Shown here: positions 21,701-31,390 of the stretch, one piece after another
Numbering within the stretch: the first letter of the stretch is position 1
Layout of the letters: the number at the start of each line of letters is the position of its first letter
Assembly: GCA_965644315.1 (NCBI GenBank)
Contig: CBFFRQ010000038.1
Coordinates: 124,001-188,000, forward strand
DNA length: 64,000 nucleotides
Direction: 5' to 3'
DNA from: Caecitellus pseudoparvulus
Taxonomy: Eukaryota; Protista; Bigyra: Bicosoecida
Notes under the pieces: generated by a model
What the model was told of the DNA's origin: nothing
Seen by the model: only the letters and a program-made list of their open reading frames with translations
Database searches by the model: none
Program-made: the position numbers and the translations under genes

Positions 21701-24700
21701 GCAGCGCATTCGATTTGGCCCACTCGAAGAATGTGGCCCAGCGCTCTCACAAGCGGCGAGGGAGTTTGGATGCCTCATCAAGCTGGAGAACAAGCCGTGG
21801 CACGGGAAGCAGGGGCAAGTCATGTTGACATTTGCATGCACACATACAAGCCCTGACTCTGCAGGTTCGGGTTGCAGTCCAGAATCAAGTAGCCCTGTTC
21901 ACGATCCGCAACAGCGTGACGCTGCTCTGGCTTCGCTACAGAGACTTTGCCAGCAGTGCCCCTTCAGGATTCGGGTGACCCTAAGTCAGAAGGAGTACAC
22001 TCTGGAGGTTTGCATGCACCACAACCACATCCCTGCAAAGTACTTCGCAATCGATGAACCCGTTGACCCGACCAAGCAGGTCGGTCGTGCGGAGTACATG
22101 TCCCTGCCCCTCAGCCCCGTGGTGACGGAAATCATCAAAAAAAGGGCAGCAAGCACGCCTGGCGCATCCATGCTTGACATCCTTACCTATCTCCTAGCCA
22201 AGACACAGTGCTCAACCCCTGAGGTATACATGGAGCACGACCAGATGCTCAAAGACAAGCACACAGCCATGTGCCAGCTCATGCAGGACGCTGGTCTCAG
22301 ACGCAAGCATGGACTGTTCAACATTCACCCCTCCCCTGCCGCAATCCAGGGATATTTGGACAAAATGAAGCGAGAGCAGCGCGGGGGGATGTCCGTCTTT
22401 CAGGCGTGTGTGGACATGGCGGCGGCAGACACGACCAACACCTACTTCCACCTCAACAAGCTCAACCAAGCGGAAGACTTCAGTGTCTTGCTCATAATCA
22501 CACCGCAAATGAGGAAGTATGCAGCTACAAGCGAGTACAAGGAGTCCATGAACTCCCTGGTGTACGAGGATGACACGGGAGGCACCGACAAGTTCAAGTC
22601 AAAGCTCTTCACGTGGCTGTACAGGTCACCCCACACCTCACATGGCATCCCAGTTGCGTTCATGTACTTCCATGCAGGGAAAAACCCAGTGCCTGGGGCC
22701 CTAGCCCACGCCCTCGTGTGGTCGTACCACAAGATGGAGACCGAGCTGGGTGGTGCGTTTCACCTCACTGCCAAGATGATGGACAAGTGCCCACATGGCC
22801 ACTCCGCCTTCGCATGGCACGTGGGAACCAAGATGAAGAGGCTGCTGGACAAAGTGGGGAGTGATCCCAGCGTGTCCCGTTCGCCGCAGGTCTCTGCCCA
22901 GGCGGCCCAGCGGCAGCTGGGCGACTTCGGCGCGGTGGAGGATGCCAGCAAGGCGAAGTGGCTGCCTGTGCACGAAACCATCCAGACGCTTCGCGAGCAT
23001 GCCCATGAACTCAGCGCCTTCAGACACATTCCAGAAGTGCGGATGCTGGAACGCATGCTGCATAGCAAGCTGTTCCTCTGTCACTTCCACGCTCTGAAGG
23101 CTGTGAACGAGAGCGCCACCATGACCCTTCCAGACCAAGAGAGCAAAACCACCTTCACGGATGCAGCCCGCACTCTATTCACGGCAACGTCGCCTCAAGA
23201 GCTCCACCGCCACTGGCAAGTCATGAAGCAGGACGTGTGCGCTGATCCTAAGTACCGCAAAGCGCTGGAGTACTTGGAGGCGAACTGGCTGTGTGACGTG
23301 TGGCTGCCAACATGGGCACTTTGGTTTCGCAATGACCGCTCCATGGACAACACAACAAACTATGTTGAGTCAATGTGGAACATGCTTAAGTACCGGGTCT
23401 TGAAGCGGCGCTACAACCATTCAACCTATGAGATGCTCGTTGCGCTTGTAGGAGGGCCAGAGCCAGACAAGGGTGGCTGTTTAGTGTCGTACATCCAGTG
23501 TCGTGAAGTGGCCCGGACGTACAGGACAGGTGGCCGGAGTTCCGTACAACGAATGGCGAGAGAGTCAAAAAAGAAAGGGCTCGAGATGTTCCTGAGGTGG
23601 AAGAAGGGGGGTGTCTTGGAGGAACGCATCAACCTGCAAGACTGCAAGACGCTGACCTTCGAGATCCACAGCGAGTCACGGACCAATACCATCGACCTCG
23701 TCTCGTTGGCTAACCCCCGAACATGTGGCCCAATCTGCGACTGCTCTGCCCACGGGTCCACAGCTTCGTGCAAGCACGGCTGGGCAGCACGCCACTACGC
23801 TCAGGAGATCCTGCGCTGTGATGTCGCAGGCAAGATATCAGAAACATTTGGAGGGAAAGAGCTGAGCGTCACTGAGACGGACTCGAATCCAGTTGATGGG
23901 TCTCAGATGAGCCCTGGTTGCGCCCAGAATCCGGAGGGTGCTGCCTCGCCAGTCACAGAGTCTCCCTCAACGACTGAAGGCGCCAGGGAGGCGAGCGCAC
24001 CAGAGGCCAAGGCAATTGCAAAGGAGCTGGCAGCCCTGGCACTGAAGATGGAACGACTCGGTTCAGCCATTCCAAGCTCAGCAATCAGGCTTGTTAAGCG
24101 GGCTGCAACGGAGTGTGACCCAGAGATCTGCTGGGCTCCAGGGCTGGATGCCGCCGCCAAGGGGGCACGGAGCAGGGAGAAGTACGTTGCAAACTCTGGG
24201 AACTTCTCAGGGCACATGGCCAGAAAACTTCGACGAAAGAAGTCATTGCGAACTTCGCCTGGTAAGGGTTCCCAAGTGGACCCAGCACACGCACGCAGAC
24301 TGAAGCCCTCTGACACTTCGAGCGCACAGCCAGCTCTCTGCAAGCACCCCAACCGCCGGACGCAACAAACGAAACCATCGTCGGTGACAAGCAAGAACAT
24401 GGTGAGGAAGTTTTCAACACGCGCACCAGTTGCATCCAGGCCGGCTGAAGGCAGCCTTGATGCGATCGGACTGGACACGCTGTACGTGGCTCGAGAGGGA
24501 GCGGATGCCGTGTCCACGAAGCAAGTCTTCCGCGTTTGGCTTGGGGACAACCCTGAACACACCATCATCGTAGACTCCAAGGGCTTCATAATGGACAGAG
24601 TGGTGAGAGTGCCCCCCAAGCCAGTGTTCCTGCTCGTGGATGACTTCCTTCCTTTGGCAGCCCAGCGCCTTGCGAAGGCGGCAACGAAACACTGGGCACT

Positions 24701-25853
24701 CTTGCGCAGCCTGCGAGAGGCTGAGAGCGGGGACTGTCTGGCACAGATGATAAGCCTGGTATTATGGAGCGCCTTCCCAGAGGATGCAGAGCGGCGTGCA
24801 GGTGCCTTTTGGCGCCCGGATGTCCTTGCAGGTCTCGGCCAGCCCTCAGCGGTGGCCTCCGTCACAACCATTCGAGGAGACATCGTCCGGGCATTTGATG
24901 CGCAGGGCTGGGACTGCGTGTACGTTGTACTGGGGAATGAGTCGCAGCCACTGCTTGCTCAGTGCTTCCCTGATGGCCGTCTTGGACCAGTCAGAGACCA
25001 AGTGGACCACAGCCGCCTTGCACACGTGCCCAAGGCCGAATGGACTGAGGCGGTGGCGCACATGGTGGGGGACTTCGACAGGCTTTGGAGAGAGAGGGCT
25101 CTGCAAGGCATTCCTAAGTCGTTGTGGTACATCCATGAGACGAGGGAGAGGTCAGTTGTCCACCCGCCAGTCCCGTTCCAGCCCAAGTTCCAAGAAGGGG
25201 ACTCAGTCATCGCACGGGCATTCATCCCACCCGGCCAAGGGGAGGACGGAGAGTCCATGGACTGGGGATGGACGAATGGGCCCGATGGCTGGTACCCTGG
25301 GCGTGTGTCACAGGTGCGAGCCGACGGCACATACTCCATCACCTTTGACGATGGCGACAGCCACGGCAGGGTGCCTGCCAAGTCTGTGCAGGTGCCAAAG
25401 AGGTTGGAGAAAAGACTGGGCGGGACAAAGAGACAGCGGGAAAGATCGGCTGCAAGTCTGGCAAGGTCTGGGGCAGCTTTTGTTGCAGAGGATGACGAGG
25501 ATGACGGCAGTGAAGTGCAGGATGGGGATGTGCTCAGCCTGATTGAGCAGCCGCAGTGGTACCTCATGGTCAACACCCGTGCGCAAACGCGGGCGTACTT
25601 CTACGACCCGCGTGATGGCAAAACTGTGTGTGGGAGGTTCCAGGAAGGGTCCAAGGTCATTGAAGCGGAGTACATGAAGCTGGACGGCGGCGAGCTGCTT
25701 GAGCTGGTCACGAAGTGCGAGCCAGTGAGTCCCCAACATCTGACAGGCGACATCGGGGAAGACCGAGAAGACTTGCTCATGTCCAAGTCAACCTTTTTGG
25801 CCCGCAAGAGCGAGTACCGCATTATTTCCAGAGGAAAACGCAGGAAGACCTGA
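18725..25853 (+). CDS. Large Mutator-like (MULE) transposase fusion: degenerate RecQ-like helicase, FAR1/WRKY-type Zn domain, DDE core, SWIM, Tudor
   Basis: ATG at 18725; a GT-AG intron at 19223-19283 joins the two listed ORFs in phase 0. Motifs: CQQCPFRI...HHNH (about 21950-22030), YEDDTGG (D1, about 22570), GIPVAF, MMDKC (D2, about 22780), LCHFHA (CxxH, about 23080), TTNYVES (E, about 23365), CDC..CKH (SWIM, about 23740), WYPGRV...YSITFDDGD (Tudor, about 25290-25360). Confidence 0.85.
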
Positions 25854-27312
25854 GAGTAGAAGGAGCTGGGTGCCCTGCGGGCGAGCTTCAGGGAGCACTG
25901 CAGGCCCACTTCGCAGTGGTGTGCAAGTCAGAGTGGTTCTTTCCGGCATGGACCTTCGTTTTAAGGAGCCATAGCCCCCCTGGGTGGAGAATGGAGGAAG
26001 CATCGCACAAGACTTCCGGAATGGGACCTAAGGCAAGAAGCCAAGTGGAGCTGGAGGTCCACGAGGTCAGCGGAGAAGCTGTGGAGACGCAACAGCCTAT
26101 GCTGGACCTGCTATAGGTCTTCGGGTTTGACCTTAGCATGCAAATCACCAGGGCTTGCGCAAGGATGGGCGGCAATCCGGGTCGGCGGGAGGCAGGAGAC
26201 GCCAGCCCGCACCAAGAAGTCGCCGACACGGATTCCGCAATGCACAGGGCCTTTCACCCACGCAGACTACGCAGGCAGTGTTGCATGCATACTGATCGAG
26301 CCCCCACACAATGTCCTGTTGGTGCTTGCTGGAAGAAGCCGAAGATAGAGCCCCGAAGCTCAGTGGAGTTTCATGAAACTCTGCCCAGATGGAGCTGCAC
26401 CTCTCCAGCAGGCCCTGTTGAGGTTCCAGGCATACTTTCGACTAAAACAAATTCAACTTTCACTCATAATGTAACAGAGCAAAATTCAAGCTCTGGGAAG
26501 CCTGTGTAGTCACGCTAGGCTGGCCTTGTGTCACTGCACCTGCGCTGACACCATCCACCCTTGGGACGTTGCTTTCAAGGAGCCACTACGAACACTTGCG
26601 GACGCAAAGCCCCGTAAGGCAGCGCCCAGATATAAATTTGTGACATAAAGTGTGAATACCATTGTATTTGATAGGGTGGAAGGTTTGCAATCCCTCGTAA
26701 GAGCTCTGCTTCAGCACCAGGCACCTCTCATAGGTCTCGTGAAACCTTACAGTAAGAAATTGCTGATTGACTACTGTAGGAGTTCAGGCTTATATCAGAA
26801 ATGGCGAAATGAGGATTCTTGGGATATTTGAGTTGGGAACCCCACCAAAAACTGATCGATATGTACTTCATGCGGAATCAATCGCTTGCACTCGCCAGCC
26901 TGATGCAGGTTTTGCTGTAGGTCGTAGTGATTGGCAAGTGAGAATTGCGGAAATCGGTTTGCAGGAATAAAATGATACTTCACTCAAATCCAACTCAGAG
27001 CATACTAAAAGCTGCACAACTTATCCCAGTACTACGGACTTTAGTTTTGGCTTGGATTCTTTCCAGATGGCCGCCCATCCGGCTGGCGGGAGCCAGCATG
27101 GTTCCCAACCCCACTCAACAACCCCGAATGGCCAACAGGATGCCGTACAACGCGGAATCGTAAAACCCAGAGGAGTCCCAGTCCCAGATGACGTTGTACT
27201 GACCCTTTTCGCAGTGAGTTTTGGCGCTGGATCTTGCTGCTGTAGGTGTGGTACCCCACAAACCCGTTTCAAATGAAACGCCTAGATTGCCTCAAGCTGG
27301 CTGGAGAAGAAA

Positions 27313-28404
27313 ATGGACGAAGGTGGGTCCCTTGTCGATGCTCTTCCGCATAAAGCTGCAGAAAAGACCCAGTTTATCAAGTTCTTGGAGCGATTGATCA
27401 GCGCGGGAGCCGGAACCGTGGACGTCCCCGGTGGCGTTTCATGGCTGGTGCGGCCTGAGCATGCAGCTGCATACCTTGGCGTTCCAACAGAGGGAAACGT
27501 GGGCCCTGCAGGGCTGTACTGGTCTGCTGCACATGCCCAAGCAAAGTTGTCAGCTTTCTTGGCAGACCGCAAGAACGGGAAGTCTGTACAGAGGACTTTC
27601 CACAACCTGCAATTGAAGGGCAGACTGCGACGGGGACTCAAGGAAGCCATCCAGGCCCTTGAGCTTCTTGCAGAGCATGCAGTGGAAAATCCAGCCGTGG
27701 CATTCCCAGAGGATCCAACTAAATGCCCTTCTGATCCAGCATTGCTCCCATTTTCAGCCTTGCTGCGGGTACATGTTCACAACCAGGAGGCTCACTCAGG
27801 TCCGTGCCTTGGCCCCACCCTGACTCCGGGAAGTGAAGAAGTTGCACGCTTCGCAGCAGCTTTCGGGTACATTCGTTACCATTCAGTGGTGCGCATGGCT
27901 GTTCGCGTGAACCCAAAGCTTGAGCGAAGCCGACGGAAGCGTCAGCGTACGTCCCCGGCCCTCGATCGACCACGGTCCAAATCGGTTCGAGGAGCTCAGA
28001 CCCCAAGCCCGGGACAGGCGGGTACCCCTAGCAACATTGCTGATACGCTGGTTGATGAACTTACTGAGGCGGCATGTCAGATCGACCCCGCGGCAGTCCC
28101 CTTCTTGTCTGTCGAGACCGCTCTGTCTCTTGAGGAGCAAGACGCTGCAATCGCAGCAGTAGCACAAGCAACTGAGGCTTCAGCATCAAGACGCAATGCT
28201 GGAAACCGCGGCAGTGACCCAAGCGGTCTGTTTCACAGCGCTGCAGTGCTTCGAAAGGCTGCCCAACAAGCAAAAGAGTGCTTCGATGTGTCAAGGGACT
28301 CTCAACGCATGCACGACACTCTGAAGGAGGCTCTTGTCCAGCTCTTGGACAGGATGACGTCGATCGAGCAAGCAGTGACACGGATAGAGGCTCGTCTTGC
28401 ATGA
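27313..28404 (+). CDS. Accessory protein of the PHIS-type element, function unknown, with C-terminal coiled coil
   Basis: 363-aa ATG-started ORF inside the TIRs and convergent with the transposase; contains the basic patch RSRRKRQR. Confidence 0.65.
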   Translation: MDEGGSLVDALPHKAAEKTQFIKFLERLISAGAGTVDVPGGVSWLVRPEHAAAYLGVPTEGNVGPAGLYWSAAHAQAKLSAFLADRKNGKSVQRTFHNLQLKGRLRRGLKEAIQALELLAEHAVENPAVAFPEDPTKCPSDPALLPFSALLRVHVHNQEAHSGPCLGPTLTPGSEEVARFAAAFGYIRYHSVVRMAVRVNPKLERSRRKRQRTSPALDRPRSKSVRGAQTPSPGQAGTPSNIADTLVDELTEAACQIDPAAVPFLSVETALSLEEQDAAIAAVAQATEASASRRNAGNRGSDPSGLFHSAAVLRKAAQQAKECFDVSRDSQRMHDTLKEALVQLLDRMTSIEQAVTRIEARLA

Positions 28405-28573
28405 TCCAGGGGACACACCTTTCACTCCTTCCGTCCCGAGTGTAAAGTCATTGTATTTGTTGTGTATGGTGATCAGAGGAGGGAACAGGAGCGAGACACG
28501 GCTTTGCTGATCAATGCACGCTGCCGGGTGGGCCAGGGGGAAGACACCATTGAGAGGGGTGGTGTCCTCGAGC

Positions 28574-29074
28574 TCACTTCGGTAGGGCAGATCCCGCTGC
28601 CGTGGCTGTGCCTTGCGAAGCGCAGGAAAGTGTCAGCCGGTGAACGAGGTCGCCCCTCGTACCAATGCAAGACAACCCCGTTTCTTCACATCGTTGGCGA
28701 AGCTGGTCGATGGTCATCCGCGCTATCGAGTCCGGGTCCAGACAAGGGTCACCCTCAAGGAGAAGTCCAGACGCAAACTCCACGAGCGGGCTGTCCTCCA
28801 AACCAGATCCCGGACACTGCAACAGGCTAAGCTCCACTGGAGTGCAGTTCTTGTCCAATGCCAACCTCTCTGCGATCAGAGGGAGTGTGTTGTACAAGTG
28901 CGTCGCTGCTCCCGAGGAGTGCAGCTCTTGTTCCTCGGTTCCATCCTCGTGGTAGTAGTACACCTCCCACATTGCGGTGTAGGGGTGGACCAACACTGCG
29001 TAGCCTCGCTCGGGTTGTGACCCCCCGAGTACATGAGAGGTTCGTTTTGCCGAAGGACCATCCCGTGAAACCAC
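28574..29074 (-). CDS. SAP-domain-containing segment, probably the spliced or frameshifted 3' end of the transposase
   Basis: MTIDQLRQRCEETGLSCIGTRGDLVHRL fits the SAP pattern; it overlaps the transposase 3' end in another frame on the same strand. Confidence 0.55.
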   Translation of the reverse strand: MVSRDGPSAKRTSHVLGGSQPERGYAVLVHPYTAMWEVYYYHEDGTEEQELHSSGAATHLYNTLPLIAERLALDKNCTPVELSLLQCPGSGLEDSPLVEFASGLLLEGDPCLDPDSIARMTIDQLRQRCEETGLSCIGTRGDLVHRLTLSCASQGTATAAGSALPK

Positions 29075-30777
29075 TTTCGCAGTCGTGGCATGACTTCCTG
29101 TTGTGCACTGCCTCGACTCCGTGTATGACGGGGTTGACCCGGCACAGCAGATGCTGTGCCGGGCTTCTTGCTCCTCTTCTTCAAGGATGACAAGCCCCCT
29201 TGGTCCAGGTCCTGCAGCACCTCGCGATCAAGTCCATGGAGCAGCGTCGTCATGGTTTGGATCTGCTCCCAAAGCTCTGACGAGGCCCCGCGAGGGGGCT
29301 GGGCTTCAACCTCAGGCGCAGATTCCCCTTGTGCATCACGCACAGCTTTGGCAACGGCCTGATAAGCCACCTTCATGGGTCGCTTGTTGCGCCGGACTTG
29401 CATCAGTCGGGGCAGGTCTTCAAATGTGCGATCTGCTGCCTCCCCTAATGCACGGTCGGCCTTTACAGTGAGATGGAGCAAGCTCAACGAGTGATTCTTT
29501 CGAAGCAGCCATGACTCGCTTCGGAGGCTGCGACGAGTGTAAAGCATCCGAAATGCAACAAGACCTGTGACCGCCTTGACCGTCAAGAGCAGAAGTGCCT
29601 TTTGGTCTGCGAGGAACGGCATCTGTGAGTGTCTTTCGCTCAACCTACCATTGAACGACTTGATGACGTTGTTGCAGTTCTCCACTACAAGCCTTGCGCT
29701 GCTTATCATCTCCGTTCGCAGATCCAAGCTAAGCAGCATCCCAGACGCCATGCGCAGCCTCTCGAGCTCTTCGGCATCCTCCCACCCAGCCTCAATGTGC
29801 TGGGTGATCTTGTCGGCCCACTGTTTGAGGTGGGATGGCTTGTCTCCCGCTACAATGTGCTTGTTGGAGTGCCAGTACAATGCATCTCCTAGCAGCAGAT
29901 CGCCTGGCTCCATGACTCCATGGCGGCGCAGGGTTCGCACCGCGTCTGACGCCGCCGCAACTTCAGACTGTGATCCAGGCCCCATCTCAAAAATAGCCAA
30001 GGGAACTCCAGTGAGGTCTGTCACAAGCAGGAAGTCGTAACCTGGAATCTTGTGGTGGACGTTGTAGTGGGATTGGGGTCGGCCCGGCATCGCTTGCATC
30101 GGGATGGTTACCCCATCCACTGCCCCGACAACACGGCCAAGTGCGCCGCCAAAAATCCCGTGAGACACGTCCCGCTGATCTTCGGGTATCTTGAGCATCA
30201 AATTTCTGGTGGCAACAGAGAGGACGAAGGGAATCACCTCCCGGAAGATCCCATGCATAGATCCTTCCGGCATCTTCGTAATGATCGCCAGAGCGGCAGG
30301 AGGGTGCCCACGGAGCTGGGAAATGCAAATGAAAATCCGTACAAAGGCTGAGTGCTGCTTGGTTTGCATGTTTTTGGCCTTTACGAGAGCTCTCTGGACT
30401 TCGTCAGAGAAGTGCCTGTACATCTCTGCGTTCATCCCCGTTAACCTCCAACAGTGCCTCGGGTTCTGCAGCGTCGCTTCAATAGACTGGCGAATGACAA
30501 GTGGCTTGATCCTACGAAGCCTACCTCTGCCTTTTGCTGCTCCGAACTTCGCTTCCCGCTGATCCCTGCGGGTGTAGCCTTCGGCTCGAAGCTGGCCTGC
30601 CAAGGCATGCACCGAGTGTACAAGCAACGACTGCCCTGTGACAAGTGAGGCCGCACCAAGGTTCATCATGTGGGCACTTGCTTCAAGAATTCCTTGAGCT
30701 ATTCCGCGTGACGACCTTTCCGGGACAGCTGTGGCCGTTCGCAACGGGGCGCCGGATCGGTCTCGTTTCGTCGCCAT
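28876..30777 (-). CDS. Harbinger/IS5-like DDE transposase (DDE_Tnp_4-like)
   Basis: RLTGM and an HTH-like region, then GAVDGVTIP (D1), YNVHHK, LLGDALY (D2) and SSARLVVENCNNVIK (E). Confidence 0.88.
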   Translation of the reverse strand: MATKRDRSGAPLRTATAVPERSSRGIAQGILEASAHMMNLGAASLVTGQSLLVHSVHALAGQLRAEGYTRRDQREAKFGAAKGRGRLRRIKPLVIRQSIEATLQNPRHCWRLTGMNAEMYRHFSDEVQRALVKAKNMQTKQHSAFVRIFICISQLRGHPPAALAIITKMPEGSMHGIFREVIPFVLSVATRNLMLKIPEDQRDVSHGIFGGALGRVVGAVDGVTIPMQAMPGRPQSHYNVHHKIPGYDFLLVTDLTGVPLAIFEMGPGSQSEVAAASDAVRTLRRHGVMEPGDLLLGDALYWHSNKHIVAGDKPSHLKQWADKITQHIEAGWEDAEELERLRMASGMLLSLDLRTEMISSARLVVENCNNVIKSFNGRLSERHSQMPFLADQKALLLLTVKAVTGLVAFRMLYTRRSLRSESWLLRKNHSLSLLHLTVKADRALGEAADRTFEDLPRLMQVRRNKRPMKVAYQAVAKAVRDAQGESAPEVEAQPPRGASSELWEQIQTMTTLLHGLDREVLQDLDQGGLSSLKKRSKKPGTASAVPGQPRHTRSRGSAQQEVMPRLRKWFHGMVLRQNEPLMYSGGHNPSEATQCWSTPTPQCGRCTTTTRMEPRNKSCTPREQRRTCTTHSL

Positions 30778-31390
30778 CACCACTGGGTGAGAATTCGGCT
30801 TGGAAGAGGAAACCGGGCGAACAAATGGCGGAAGTTATGAGAAAGCTTGAGGTTGGCCATGAATTGCGTGAAATTTTTGAGCCAGCGCTTATTCTGAAAG
30901 AGGTAGACGGCCTTGGGTGATTGGCCGTTTTCTTTCGGTGCCCGTAACGCCAACGGCCAACGGCACCATCAAACAAAAAACTCAAATTTGAAGTATTTGA
31001 ATTTTGGCGAAGCCCCCCCGCCGGGTCTTGTTGCGCAAAACCTCCAAGAACGCAAAATTGCTCTAAGAATGTTGAGCATAGTGCTAGACCTTATATCAGT
31101 TTGTCCTACATTTGCCCTTATTGCAGGGTTTCACGAGACCTATCTCAGGCAGTCCCAGTGTTTCCGGGGGGGGACAGAAGCAACGCACATACCTTGCCGA
31201 AGTGCAACAGACATGAGCAGCCAAGTGGAGTTGGACATTTTCCTGGGGCCACATTTCAGGGATCCTCGCAGTTGTTTGGAGAGTAGGCGGCCCCCAGCGG
31301 GCGAGCGCAGACTTCACGCATGGAAATGCACATTGAATTCATTTGAAACTTGTTGCATGGTCACCCTTGCATGGCTCATGCTTTGGGTGT

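Larger units (their letters stand above)
26732..31141. mobile_element. PIF/Harbinger-ISL2EU (PHIS)-type DNA transposon, about 4.41 kb, with two convergent genes
   Basis: Inverted repeat ataggtctcgtgaaacc (26730-26746) / ggtttcacgagacctat (31127-31143), with weaker similarity extending inward. Probable 2-bp AT TSD (TA is the alternative reading). Encloses a DDE_Tnp_4-like gene. Confidence 0.85.

Noticed and set aside
18190-26660. Weak inverted similarity (ttcacac...caaatt) between about 18200 and about 26640 as possible MULE TIRs
   Set aside because: Only two short matching words with unequal spacing and no TSD found.
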